Assembly (NCBI GenBank): GCA_964621305.1 | Contig: CAZUOM010000003.1 | Span: 14,589-78,588 of the forward strand | DNA from: an uncultured Gammaproteobacteria bacterium | GTDB taxonomy: Bacteria > Patescibacteriota > Microgenomatia > UBA10105 > UBA927 | Direction of reading: 5' to 3' | Length of the DNA: 64,000 nucleotides | Shown: in pieces, positions 27,355 through 37,428 of the stretch | How positions within the stretch are numbered: position 1 is the stretch's first letter | How the letters are laid out: each line of letters starts with the position of its first letter | Position numbers and translations under genes: made by a program | The notes under the pieces: generated by a model | The model's input: only the letters and a program-made list of their open reading frames with translations | The model's database searches: none | Told to the model about the DNA's origin: nothing

Positions 27355-28544
27355 TGCGCCGTATGATCCCGCTTATTAAATCGACGTTTTACCATGAAAC
27401 CCAGACCAAACGAAAGCTGTGTCAATTCATACAATCGGCTAAAAAGTTGAGCATAGGTGACCAGTGCCGACGATTTGAAGAAAACTTTGCCAAATACCAA
27501 GGACGAGCCCACTGTGTTTTTGTCAATAGCGGCAGCAGCGCCAATCTTGCTTTGATTCAAGCGCTCCTCAACCTTGGTAGACTTAAAAAAGGTGATAGCG
27601 TTGGGTTTTCCTCACTCACCTGGTCCACAAACGTGATGCCGCTTATTCAATTGGGTCTTATGCCAATACCTATTGATGTGGAACTTGATACATTAAATGT
27701 ATCAAGTAAATCGCTTCTTGCGGCAACAAAAAAACACACGCCGAAGGCAGTGTTCCTTACCAACCTCTTGGGATTTTGCGATGACATTGAGACAATTAGC
27801 GACATTTGTAAGTCCAAAGGTATTCTCTTTTTGGAGGACAATTGCGAGGCCTTAGGCTCTGTGTATAAAAATAAAAAGCTCGGGAATTGGGGACTAGCAA
27901 GTACATTTTCCTTTTACGTGGGACACCACATGTCTACCGTAGAGGGCGGTGCCATCTGTACCAACAATGGTCAGCTTGAAACAATGCTCCAGCTTGTGCG
28001 AGCACACGGATGGGACCGAAATTTAACCGAGCAAAAGCAGCTAAAAATTCGGGTACGTCATGGCGTGAATGAAACATTTTATTCACGCTATACTTTTTAT
28101 GATTTGGGCTATAACTTGCGCGTGAATGAGATACAAGGGTTTCTTGGCAATACGCAACTTGGCTATATTGATGAGATTGTAAAAAAAAGAGAGAAAAATT
28201 TTTTCTCCATGACCAGTCGCATCATGCGAAGAGATGACCTCTACTTTCCGCTGCGCTACAATCACATTGATCGTGTTTCAAATTTTGCGGTTCCGCTGGT
28301 ATGCCGCTCGCAGAAGATTCGAGATGCACTGGCGGCACGCTGTGACGGGAAGGTTGAGATCCGACCCGTTGTGGGCGGAGACATGACAAGCCAGCCGTTT
28401 TTCAAAAAGTACATGGGGAAGCACATCGACACCGCCTGTCCGAATGCCCGGCTTATCCACGAGCAGGGGTTGTACTTCGGCAACAACCCTGAATTGACCA
28501 AAAAAGAGATGGACACGATCGTTCACGTATTTACCGACCTATGA
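27330..28544 (+). CDS. DegT/DnrJ/EryC1-family PLP enzyme with His replacing the Schiff-base Lys; candidate NDP-4-keto-6-deoxyhexose 3-dehydratase (ColD/E1-like)
   Basis: Family motifs FEENFAKYQG...VNSGSSANLALIQALL, KKGDSV, LEDNCEALGS, then FSFYVGHHMSTVEGG where canonical aminotransferases have SFH..K. A His at this position is characteristic of ColD/E1 3-dehydratases. Confidence 0.6.
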   Translation: MVSQEPSIMRRMIPLIKSTFYHETQTKRKLCQFIQSAKKLSIGDQCRRFEENFAKYQGRAHCVFVNSGSSANLALIQALLNLGRLKKGDSVGFSSLTWSTNVMPLIQLGLMPIPIDVELDTLNVSSKSLLAATKKHTPKAVFLTNLLGFCDDIETISDICKSKGILFLEDNCEALGSVYKNKKLGNWGLASTFSFYVGHHMSTVEGGAICTNNGQLETMLQLVRAHGWDRNLTEQKQLKIRVRHGVNETFYSRYTFYDLGYNLRVNEIQGFLGNTQLGYIDEIVKKREKNFFSMTSRIMRRDDLYFPLRYNHIDRVSNFAVPLVCRSQKIRDALAARCDGKVEIRPVVGGDMTSQPFFKKYMGKHIDTACPNARLIHEQGLYFGNNPELTKKEMDTIVHVFTDL

Positions 28545-29521
28545 GTGCTTTTTGGAAAAGTAAAAAGGTCTTAGTCACCGGAGGCACCGGGTTTATCGGT
28601 AGCCACGTCGTGGAAAAACTGGTCGAAATGAGAGCAAAGGTAACAGTTCTTGACAATTTACAAAACGGCAAAATTAAAAACATCTCATCGTTGAAGGATC
28701 GCGTTCGATTCATCAAGGGGAATTGCGCGGATATAAAAGACGCGTTAGCTGCATGTAAAAATCAGGAGGTGGTTATGAATCTTGCTGCGCGCGTCGGAGG
28801 CATCGAATATAACCGAACGCACCAGGCGACGATGCTCCGCGACAACCTCACCATTGCCACGACGATGATGGAGGCGGCAAGACGCGCCGGTGTCGAGCGA
28901 TATCTCGTGGTCTCCTCTGCCTGTGTATATCCACGGACCTGTTCGATGCCCACACCAGAGTCCGAGGGATTTGTGGATGAGCCGGAACCAACCAACGGCG
29001 GATATGGCTGGGCCAAGCGTATGGCGGAAAAACTGGGCATGTATTATGCAGAGGAGTTTGGGATGAAGGTAGCAATTGTCCGGCCATACAACGCGTATGG
29101 CCCACGAGACCACTTCGACCCTGCTGTTTCGCATGTCATTGCCGCGCTTATCAAGCGAGTTTTTGATGGAGAAAATCCGTTGGTGGTATGGGGAAGCGGT
29201 AAGCAGACGAGGGCCTTCCTCTATGTTGACGATTTGGCTCGAGGAATGATCGAAGCAATTGAGCACTATCCAAAGCCGGATCCGGTTAATCTTGGTACGG
29301 ACGAGGAAGTAACTATTAGAGAGCTTGTAGAAAAGATTGTGCGGTTAAGCGGAAAATCGCCCACGGTAGTTTTTGACACCACCAAACCGGACGGTAGCCC
29401 CAGAAGGAATAGCGATAACACGAAAGCGAAAGAAAATATCGGTTTTGTAGCCAAGACAAGACTCGATGAGGGGTTGGAAAAAACCATCATGTGGTACCAG
29501 AAGACTATCAAAAGGGTGTAG
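28541..29521 (+). CDS. GDP-L-fucose synthase-like epimerase/reductase (Fcl/ColC-like SDR)
   Basis: KVLVTGGTGFIGSHV, YGWAKRMAE (YxxxK), YNAYGPRDHFDPAVSHVIAALIKRV closely matches the Fcl PTNLYGP.DNF....SHVIPALLRR region. Confidence 0.75.
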   Translation: MSAFWKSKKVLVTGGTGFIGSHVVEKLVEMRAKVTVLDNLQNGKIKNISSLKDRVRFIKGNCADIKDALAACKNQEVVMNLAARVGGIEYNRTHQATMLRDNLTIATTMMEAARRAGVERYLVVSSACVYPRTCSMPTPESEGFVDEPEPTNGGYGWAKRMAEKLGMYYAEEFGMKVAIVRPYNAYGPRDHFDPAVSHVIAALIKRVFDGENPLVVWGSGKQTRAFLYVDDLARGMIEAIEHYPKPDPVNLGTDEEVTIRELVEKIVRLSGKSPTVVFDTTKPDGSPRRNSDNTKAKENIGFVAKTRLDEGLEKTIMWYQKTIKRV

Positions 29522-29560
29522 GTTAGAGCCTCAAGTTGTAAACCTCTCATTTAGTGAGCA

Positions 29561-29577
29561 TAGCGTCGCTAATTTTC
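29561..29577 (+). terminator. Weak candidate intrinsic terminator in a convergent gap
   Basis: Short hairpin tagc-gtc-gcta followed by a T-run (aatttt) between the convergent gene ends at 29521 and 29600. The stem is only 4 bp. Confidence 0.2.
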
Positions 29578-29599
29578 TGACAGTGTAATTTCCGGGTGG

Positions 29600-29929
29600 C
29601 TAAAATTTGACTTTAACATTAATTATAAAAATCGCCCACATGAGTAAATATAACAGAGTGCCAAGATTTTCGGCTATATCGTGTCTGGAAAAAAGAACGG
29701 CAAGGATTGAGAGGAAGAGAAAAAAAATGGCAATAACCAAATAAGCCCTGGTTCTAAATTTGAGGATAATGGTTGCAAGAATTATCATGATAAAAATCTT
29801 ATTCCTAGTCGTAAAGACAAGGCTTGAGTAGGGAAGAATAGACAAAAGGTCCACAACGAAATAGCTCAAGGTAAAAGCAAGTAATTTCCCGCTGTTTTGA
29901 CTGATAAACTCTTTAATCTTCTGCCACAT
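29600..29929 (-). CDS. Small membrane protein (GtrA-like?)
   Basis: 109 aa, 3-4 hydrophobic segments. Start overlaps the stop of the upstream large membrane protein. Family uncertain. Confidence 0.3.
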   Translation of the reverse strand: MWQKIKEFISQNSGKLLAFTLSYFVVDLLSILPYSSLVFTTRNKIFIMIILATIILKFRTRAYLVIAIFFLFLSILAVLFSRHDIAENLGTLLYLLMWAIFIINVKVKF

Positions 29930-32900
29930 ATTTTCTTTTTCTCAGAAAAACTAGTAACAGGACGAATGTTGGCAGGGTCACAGACGTAATCAGAAGACCT
30001 ATATAGAAAAAGCTCTGTGGAGCATAGACAATCCTCATTTCAAAATCTCCTGTATTTTGGACTAGCCAGGCATTCGAGTAACCGTCAAGACTAAAATGGA
30101 CAGATGGGTCAACTTGACTGAAAAATTTTCCCGGTAAGATTTTGGCCAAAAAGGTCGATTTAACATCTTCCTCCACGAAGTAAGCTTTCCAACCGTTATT
30201 GAAAGACTGCAAGAAGTTAAGAATAAAACCGGAGTCTGCCCCGCTGACCTTTAGTTTGTATTCGGTAGGCGAGACCATTTCACTGGTAATTTGTGGGGTG
30301 GACAATTTTTCCCCCGCGAGTTCCTTGGTAAAAAAAACTTTGGGACTATAAGTTCTATAGATCCTGGGGCTACTGACCTCAAAATACTTTTCATCTATAA
30401 AGCTGTTAAAACCTTGATATTCAAACCCTAGATAACCTTCCCTCGCCAAAAAATTAGGGTCAATGGTAAAGCTAAAGGTTCTCGGAACCCTGGAAGTTTT
30501 TAAGTCTTTTTTAACTCTGTCTGCTTTTCCTAAAATATTCGGTCTATCATTGTCCTGAAAGATAATTAAGCGGGGGTTGGTATTTTTGCTAGCCCGATAT
30601 TCGAAAGAAACTGCGTACGAATCCGAATATGAGTAATCATTAATTTTTAGCCTGCTGCTCTCGTTTTTCGAAATATCAATAAGCTCCCCAGGAGGTGGTT
30701 CTAATAGATTCACGGGCTCGGGATATATAAGCTCAACTCGATGTGTACCTTCTGCTAATGATATCTGGCGCCTGTTACTAACTTTTTGTCCATTAAGATA
30801 TAGAGAAACTGGTTCTGTAACTTGTTCTACAATTTCCAGCCGGTAAATTCCCGGCTCGCTTATGACGACCAAATACCTTTTTTTCGTTTCTTCCTGTGTT
30901 ACCCAGACTTGTTTCTCAAGAACTGAAACCCCGTCGTTTATAAACCCAAAAAGCTGGTTAAAAGCATCGGGGGCTAAGTTGTATTGGTTCTCTACTGCCG
31001 AAAGAGACCTCTTGTGCATCGTCAGATAGCCCAAAATTTTTAGCCCATAGGCATTCTTGTCTGATAAATTAAGATTCGAAAACTGGGACATGGCGTCTTC
31101 CAGATTCTTTTGATAGCGAGAAAGACTATCCTCTATTAACCCGGCTGTGAGCTCTCTCTCTTTTGGATTTTGGCTTCCGGCTCTTTCTGTTAGAAGCGCC
31201 GCTTCCCCCAATCTTTTGCTGGCAATACCAAGGTTGGCGTCGATTCTCCGGGCCGGGAGATCTTCAACTTCCTTAAGAACACCAGCCTCTCTCTTGTCAA
31301 TAAAGCTGTAGAGAAGAGAACCGGGCAAAAAGTTAATATAGGGAAGAGATAACTCTTCAACGAATTGCATATATTCTCCTTGTTTGCAATATACACAAGT
31401 TGCCTCAATTCCCAAGGCGTCGGAATAAATAAGAATTTTTCCTACGTCTTTTCCTTCTGTGTCCAAGGAGCTGACAAGGTGCTTACCAGACCCGCTGATT
31501 GCCTTAAACGTCTCCTCTGTAGGCTGCTTATCAGATTGAATGTAGGAAAAAGTCCTTACCGTACCAACTTGGGCCAGATCATAGATGGCTTTGTCTAGGC
31601 CATATAGTCTCCAAGCGCCCTCTTCCCTTTCCAAGAATACTCCCCTAAAGCTTTTTAAGTTCTCCTCCCAAAACAAGGCGTCTTGGCTTTTATTTATTTT
31701 ATTGTTGTACAAGATATCGTCTCTCCAGAGAACCTTCTTTACCCCCGACAGTTTTACGAAATATATAAAATCGTTTTCGTCCCCCCTCTCAATTGCTTTG
31801 TACAGAGCGTCGACTAATTTCTCCCTTTTGGTGTCGTTGGCCAAAAACGATTTGGTGGTGGAAATCCTGGGAAGAAGATCTAAACTCCAATAACCCCATT
31901 CGTAGCTGTCGGAGTTGAACTGGGAATCCATGGGTGGGATCATAAGTATTCTTGCTTCCTTGTCTTTAAGGTTATCGATGTAGTTTGACATATCCCTGAC
32001 ATAGGAGGGAACTGTTACTTTTGTGCTAAATGGCGGATTCCAGTCAAAAAATCTGTTGGAAAAATACGGGTAGTGATATGAAAGAATAAAAACTATCGAT
32101 AAGACTCCAGCAACAATTTTTTTCTTACCGGAAGCAATGAATCTCTGAATCAAAAAATTCAAGAAAAATCCTGTCAGGAGAACTGCTGGAAACCAGGCGG
32201 CGGGAGCAAACTTGTAAAAAGCGGTCCTGAATATGGCAAATCCAGGAAGATACTTAATAAGAAAAACATAGATAAAACCGAACGGAGGATGTGAACCTGC
32301 CGTAAAGACCAATCCGACCAGGAAAAGAAGCAGAAGAAAGAAAACGACCTCCCTCTTTTGGTTTTCTTTACTTGCGAAATAAGACCACATTCCGACCAAA
32401 ACGAGGAGAGTGGGAATAAAGCTGGCCATAATAAGGATGGGGTTTCCCATAAAGGGCTGTGAGTAAGGATGGTGGCCGCTATACCAATCAGGAATTCCTT
32501 GCAGCCTGAAAAGGTTTATAAGACTTGAATACTGACTAACATTCTCTTCCCACCGAAGCGCCCCCAATATTCCTCCCATGGACGAGAGCTCCGATTTATA
32601 AGTGTTGAAAAATAAGTAAGATTGGGGAAAAACCCAATAGGCATTAGTGACCAAAAAGGTAAATACAAAAGTTAAGCCAGTTACGGCCGGCCGTAAAATA
32701 CCTTTTAAGCCATATTTGTATATAGCGGTAAACGCCAAGTATGCAAAAGCCACAAGAACAGCCAAAAGGACCGAGCCATAGAGGGGGGCGGAACCTCCGC
32801 CATTTAAAAAGAAAAAAAGAAAAGAAAAAAAGATTGCTCCCTTCAAAATAGAATAGTCCGTCTTAAGAGTTTTATATGTAATTAAAATTGCAAGAGGAAG

Positions 32901-33368
32901 GGCTGCATAAAGGGAAAATTTTGCCCTCTCGCCTATAAACCAGCCCTGCAAGATAAAAAAGTTGTAAACATAGAAGGTGCTAGAAAATATTCTCAATATC
33001 CAATATTTTTTTTCTGGAAAGAAGTTGCGAACAAAAATATACATGGATATCACCATAACGAAAAACCAGAGAACAAAGGAAAATCTTTGGGCGATAGAAA
33101 GGGAACCTGTCAGATAGTTGCCCAGAACTTCGGGTAGTTGGTTGACGAGGAAACCTTTATTGATAGCCCAATCGACACCAAAACCAATAGTTGGATTCCA
33201 AGAATAAAAAAGACTTTTAAGGTGGGACATCGAAAGCAATCTAAATCCAGAGTCGTGCCCCAAAACAACTTCTCCTCCTTTAAACCAGAGAAGTGGTGTA
33301 AGAGACAACAAGAAAATAAATAAAATTTCGAGTGTTTTTGTATTTAAAAAATTTATCCTAAATTTCAT
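29913..33368 (-). CDS. Large polytopic membrane protein (1151 aa) with extracytoplasmic C-terminal domain; putative GT-C glycosyltransferase
   Basis: About 500-aa N-terminal multi-TM region homologous to 43634..45232 (for example IKYLPGFAIFRTAFYKF versus EHFPGFVMFRDPTKFYV). Long C-terminal soluble domain. AT-rich codon usage. Confidence 0.7.
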   Translation of the reverse strand: MKFRINFLNTKTLEILFIFLLSLTPLLWFKGGEVVLGHDSGFRLLSMSHLKSLFYSWNPTIGFGVDWAINKGFLVNQLPEVLGNYLTGSLSIAQRFSFVLWFFVMVISMYIFVRNFFPEKKYWILRIFSSTFYVYNFFILQGWFIGERAKFSLYAALPLAILITYKTLKTDYSILKGAIFFSFLFFFLNGGGSAPLYGSVLLAVLVAFAYLAFTAIYKYGLKGILRPAVTGLTFVFTFLVTNAYWVFPQSYLFFNTYKSELSSMGGILGALRWEENVSQYSSLINLFRLQGIPDWYSGHHPYSQPFMGNPILIMASFIPTLLVLVGMWSYFASKENQKREVVFFLLLLFLVGLVFTAGSHPPFGFIYVFLIKYLPGFAIFRTAFYKFAPAAWFPAVLLTGFFLNFLIQRFIASGKKKIVAGVLSIVFILSYHYPYFSNRFFDWNPPFSTKVTVPSYVRDMSNYIDNLKDKEARILMIPPMDSQFNSDSYEWGYWSLDLLPRISTTKSFLANDTKREKLVDALYKAIERGDENDFIYFVKLSGVKKVLWRDDILYNNKINKSQDALFWEENLKSFRGVFLEREEGAWRLYGLDKAIYDLAQVGTVRTFSYIQSDKQPTEETFKAISGSGKHLVSSLDTEGKDVGKILIYSDALGIEATCVYCKQGEYMQFVEELSLPYINFLPGSLLYSFIDKREAGVLKEVEDLPARRIDANLGIASKRLGEAALLTERAGSQNPKERELTAGLIEDSLSRYQKNLEDAMSQFSNLNLSDKNAYGLKILGYLTMHKRSLSAVENQYNLAPDAFNQLFGFINDGVSVLEKQVWVTQEETKKRYLVVISEPGIYRLEIVEQVTEPVSLYLNGQKVSNRRQISLAEGTHRVELIYPEPVNLLEPPPGELIDISKNESSRLKINDYSYSDSYAVSFEYRASKNTNPRLIIFQDNDRPNILGKADRVKKDLKTSRVPRTFSFTIDPNFLAREGYLGFEYQGFNSFIDEKYFEVSSPRIYRTYSPKVFFTKELAGEKLSTPQITSEMVSPTEYKLKVSGADSGFILNFLQSFNNGWKAYFVEEDVKSTFLAKILPGKFFSQVDPSVHFSLDGYSNAWLVQNTGDFEMRIVYAPQSFFYIGLLITSVTLPTFVLLLVFLRKRKYVAED

Positions 33369-33408
33369 AATTACTTCTTAACGAATAATTAACCCCTACA
33401 ATAATTTT

Positions 33409-35064
33409 TTATTGTTTTCTCCATGTCCCCACTTTCCCTAACCTTACTCTTGTCTCGGAGGTAATATCTTCTAATGTTTTCGTTTGGCCATCGTAGAAAA
33501 AGGCATAAACATTCTCCGGTTCAAGAATATTTTCTTTTACTGTCTCCCTCATTTCCTCAAAATCCCAAAAATAACCAAAGCCAGCCTCACCTACCTCTCT
33601 ATATCCTTGCTCTGTCATTCCCCACAAAAAATTATCTACCAAAAGTTCTTTAGGAATAATCCCAGTATCGTTGTACCAAACCATTAGTGTATATCCTGGT
33701 CCTTGTTGTAGGGGAAGAGGAAGATTTTCTATATAGAAGCTCTTATTTCCTGTAATATAAAAAATATTTTTGCTACCAAGTGTAGGATAGTTCTTCTTTA
33801 TTTGGGATAAAATCGCTTTTCTGTCGCCTGCTAAAATTACTTGTCTTGCAATCTCTGCCCTAATAATACTAGCGTGGTGAAATAAAAAAATTAGAAATAC
33901 AAATAACCCCATTATTTTTAATAATCCCGCTTTTTGAGAAATCCATCTAATAACCGAGGCCAGGATAATACCGGCACCTGCCGAGGCAATATAATAGTAA
34001 CGGGATTCAAGATAGGTAAAAGTGCGATCTAAAACTATGTAAGGAAGAAAACTTAGAAAAACTAAAGCAACGGCAAGCAAAACAATTTTAGCATCTTCAC
34101 TTTTTCTATAAAGGAAGAGAAGAGTCAAGAGTAAAGAAGCTGAAATGAAAATCGAAAGAAGGTCAGCTGTTATTGTCTGTGATACTAATCCAATAATGGG
34201 ATTGCCTTCAAGGAACGGGTACTGGATTTTAGTTATTTCGCTAGCCCAAGAAGAAAGAGTTAAGGGGGGAATAAAAACTTGAGAAAAACTCGTAGTTGGA
34301 TAAAGGATCAGACGAACAGTAATGGTTTTTAAAAAATTATCACCACCGGCTACAAAAACTCCCACCTGCTCCTTTTGAGAAAAAAGTTCAAAAAGTCGGA
34401 AGAGAATAAGTCCCAAACCATAGACAAGCAGTGATAGATGTATCTTAACAGCTCGAAGAACGTTTGCTTTTTTAAAGATGATGTACATGAGGGGTAGAAA
34501 TAGAAAAAGAAAAAGGCCTATCTCTTTAAACCAGAAAGAAATGATAGTAAACAAAAATGAAAAATACAAAAACCTCTTTTTATCATTTTTACAATAGATA
34601 AAATAAGAAATAATAGCCAAAAGAATAAATGTTGTGGCTGGAAGCGTTCCGGTTGAAGTACCAAACCATGTAACAGGTTGGTGTGAAACACTATTTAGAG
34701 AAAAAAATAAGGCAGGGATCAATGCAATCAGACGATTTGTAAATATTTTTTTGGCTAGAGTAAATACTAAAATCGCATTTAAAAAATGGATCATAATTGA
34801 AAAGATTACCAGTGGAACGATATTAAATCTTGATATTTTAAAAAGAGGAAGGCTAATAAACCGTGTTAAAATCCGTCCCTCGCCAAAAAAAATCTGTAAA
34901 GGTGTAAAACCACCAGTAATGTGCTGCTCTATCCCCTCAACCATCATGTGGCCTAAACCTTGCCATTCATCTTGTTGATAAAAGGTTCTTGGAAGATCCT
35001 GGAAGGTTCCAATTATGGCAAAAAAAATTATTAGGGTGGGTAGAATTAGAAAAAACCGCTTCAT
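33409..35064 (-). CDS. Polytopic membrane protein, putative GT-C glycosyltransferase
   Basis: 551-aa ORF with about 12 hydrophobic segments and ATGA overlap with the downstream gene. No specific family recognised. Confidence 0.55.
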   Translation of the reverse strand: MKRFFLILPTLIIFFAIIGTFQDLPRTFYQQDEWQGLGHMMVEGIEQHITGGFTPLQIFFGEGRILTRFISLPLFKISRFNIVPLVIFSIMIHFLNAILVFTLAKKIFTNRLIALIPALFFSLNSVSHQPVTWFGTSTGTLPATTFILLAIISYFIYCKNDKKRFLYFSFLFTIISFWFKEIGLFLFLFLPLMYIIFKKANVLRAVKIHLSLLVYGLGLILFRLFELFSQKEQVGVFVAGGDNFLKTITVRLILYPTTSFSQVFIPPLTLSSWASEITKIQYPFLEGNPIIGLVSQTITADLLSIFISASLLLTLLFLYRKSEDAKIVLLAVALVFLSFLPYIVLDRTFTYLESRYYYIASAGAGIILASVIRWISQKAGLLKIMGLFVFLIFLFHHASIIRAEIARQVILAGDRKAILSQIKKNYPTLGSKNIFYITGNKSFYIENLPLPLQQGPGYTLMVWYNDTGIIPKELLVDNFLWGMTEQGYREVGEAGFGYFWDFEEMRETVKENILEPENVYAFFYDGQTKTLEDITSETRVRLGKVGTWRKQ

Positions 35065-36317
35065 TTTACTGTCATCTTACAAAATTTTTTGATTATTTTT
35101 GCCTCATCTTGGGCGATTTTCCTCCAAGCAAACCTTCTGGCATACTTTCTTGCCTCAGAAGAAATACGTTTTACTTCTTCCGGCCGAAGAAAAAGAAACG
35201 CCAATACTTTCTTTGTTGCTTTTCTAATGTTTTTATTTTCTACTAGATAAAAAGATGGATGATTATAAAGTTCTGGATAATCTTTCAAAGCTGCTACGTT
35301 GTAGTGTACGACTGGAAGACCGCAAGATAAGGCTTCAAGAATAGTAATAACAGGAACCAGAGGTTCAAAATGAGCTAAATGGATAAAAACTCTCGATTCT
35401 CTCAATCTTTGAAATTTTTCCTCTTCAGATAAAACTCCAAGAATAAAGATATTCTTTTTTAATTTCTTTTTCTCAATTTCTCCCTCTAGTTTCAACTTTG
35501 TTTCTCTGTCGCAAGGGCCAATCATGATGAGCTTTGCACCCTTTTTTATTTTTGTCACATTTTCCCAAACTTTTACCAAATCAAAGATCCCTTTTTCCGA
35601 AGTATGACGGCCAACAAAAACCCCATCATATTTTGGTAAAATCTTCTTATAGCTAACACTGTTTATGGTTCCTATTGAAACGCCTGAAGGAGTTACACTT
35701 ATTTTTGATGAATGGTAGTAAGGTGCTAATTTTCTTTTAACGTGAGGGCTAACAGTAACAACATAGTTAACATTTCGTATTAATCTTTTCATCAGAAGCA
35801 AACTAATTACAATACCAAGGGGCGAAACAAATGAACGAGATCTTCCAATCTTGTTACTTCTTAGCGATTTATAATATTGCCAAAACCCTCCCTCTGGAAT
35901 TTCAAAGTTAAGAACGTCAATAATTACTGAGACAGAAGGAAAAAGTTTTTTTAAGATAACAGCGGGTAGAAAAATGTGTAAAGCTTCCCCTATCGGTGCA
36001 TAAATTACTTTATATCTTTTTGTCTTTAATTCTTGCCAACCCTTAATTGTTAGGATGACCGCAATCAAACTCCATTCTAGTATTCTTCCCCAAAGGAAGC
36101 TCCAGTTATAAATTCTGTCAACGATACTAGGTAGTTTATATTCAACAACCCTTCCGTTGAATTTTAAATCGGCAAGAATCGTTGGGTACTTGTCTAGAAC
36201 AGTTACGTGAAAATCTTGCGGAAAAAATCTCAAAAATTCTTTGGTTCGGACTAAACCACCAGAAGTAGGAACGGGCTGATCTGGGTGCCATAAGAGAAGT
36301 AAAATACCCTGATTCAT
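35061..36317 (-). CDS. GT4 (group 1) glycosyltransferase
   Basis: C-terminal domain with HTSEKGIFDLVKVW and FEPLVPVITILEALSCGLPVV (E-x7-E-like), GT-B architecture. Confidence 0.7.
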   Translation of the reverse strand: MNQGILLLLWHPDQPVPTSGGLVRTKEFLRFFPQDFHVTVLDKYPTILADLKFNGRVVEYKLPSIVDRIYNWSFLWGRILEWSLIAVILTIKGWQELKTKRYKVIYAPIGEALHIFLPAVILKKLFPSVSVIIDVLNFEIPEGGFWQYYKSLRSNKIGRSRSFVSPLGIVISLLLMKRLIRNVNYVVTVSPHVKRKLAPYYHSSKISVTPSGVSIGTINSVSYKKILPKYDGVFVGRHTSEKGIFDLVKVWENVTKIKKGAKLIMIGPCDRETKLKLEGEIEKKKLKKNIFILGVLSEEEKFQRLRESRVFIHLAHFEPLVPVITILEALSCGLPVVHYNVAALKDYPELYNHPSFYLVENKNIRKATKKVLAFLFLRPEEVKRISSEARKYARRFAWRKIAQDEAKIIKKFCKMTVK

Positions 36318-36336
36318 AAAATAACTGCCTCAAATA

Positions 36337-37359
36337 TTAATCTTTATAGTTTTCTAACTCTGTAAACAAATAATAGTAATACAACAGCCGAACCTTTTTC
36401 TTTACCCGTTTCATAAGTTTTTTGTCGCTGATCTTTCGTAACTTCTCCTGGACTTTTTTTCTGTTGTTCAAGGTTTTCCCCAGATGAGTCAGATTCCAAA
36501 AGACAGCCTGTTGGATTGAGATTGCAACTCCAACTCTACCTCGTAAGAGAAAGGAAAACACTACGGCCTGGGTTAAGAGTAGATGGATGGGAAGCGTCTT
36601 AATAAGCTCCCATAGCCCGAGGTTTTTGATAATTGCGCTGATCCTATTCTTAAAGGAATGAAAATTAATGAAAGCGGTGGGAAGCTTTCTAGTGGTACTG
36701 CCTCCTTTGTGGAATATCGATGTGGTCGGCACGTACTTAATAATGTAGCCAGCCAACCAAACTCTCCAGCAAAAATCTGTCTCCTCAAAATATAAAAAGA
36801 ACTCATCGTCAAAAAGTCCAACTTTGTCTATAACCTCGCGCTTAATAAGCATGCAGGAGCCATTTGCAGAAAAAATTTCAGAGGATTCATTGTATTTTTT
36901 AAGTTTTGGGTTTTTATCATAACCGAAGTGGTATAAAAACCCCGAACTAGTCAAGAATGCCCCTGCGCTTTGGAGCTTCCTAGAGTCTACAAAAATTATT
37001 TTTGGCTGAACCACGCCAAGAATTTTTTCTTTTTCTAGTGCAGCCACCAGTTCAGTGAGAAGATTGGGCTGGACGACAGTGTCGTCGTTTAGCAACAAAA
37101 CATATTCTCCCTTTGTTTCCTTTACCCCCAAATTATTGCCTTTTGCAAAACCCAGGTTCTTTTTTTTCTCTAGAAGTTTTACCCGGGGATAATGTCTTTT
37201 AATGTATTCAATGGAGCCGTCGGTAGAGCCGTGGTCAACAATAATCATCTCAACGTTTTTATATTTAAGTTTCAAAAGAGACGGGAGAAGATCTCTCAAG
37301 TTTTCTAAACCATTTAAGTTAATGGTGACTATTGAAACCAAGCCTTTTTGGGAAGCCAT
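36337..37359 (-). CDS. GT2 family glycosyltransferase
   Basis: VSIVTINLNGLENLRDLLPSL...IIVDHGSTDGS...NLGFAKGNNLG...LLNDDT, a GT-A fold family 2. Confidence 0.75.
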   Translation of the reverse strand: MASQKGLVSIVTINLNGLENLRDLLPSLLKLKYKNVEMIIVDHGSTDGSIEYIKRHYPRVKLLEKKKNLGFAKGNNLGVKETKGEYVLLLNDDTVVQPNLLTELVAALEKEKILGVVQPKIIFVDSRKLQSAGAFLTSSGFLYHFGYDKNPKLKKYNESSEIFSANGSCMLIKREVIDKVGLFDDEFFLYFEETDFCWRVWLAGYIIKYVPTTSIFHKGGSTTRKLPTAFINFHSFKNRISAIIKNLGLWELIKTLPIHLLLTQAVVFSFLLRGRVGVAISIQQAVFWNLTHLGKTLNNRKKVQEKLRKISDKKLMKRVKKKVRLLYYYYLFTELENYKD

Positions 37360-37428
37360 AACTTTCTAGTATTGTATACCGATAAGATGAAGCATTAAAG
37401 CTTTCTAGACATAAAGTTTTTCGTCATT

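Noticed and set aside
28745-29266. 173-aa minus-strand ORF
   Set aside because: Antisense to the well-supported Fcl-like gene 28541..29521.
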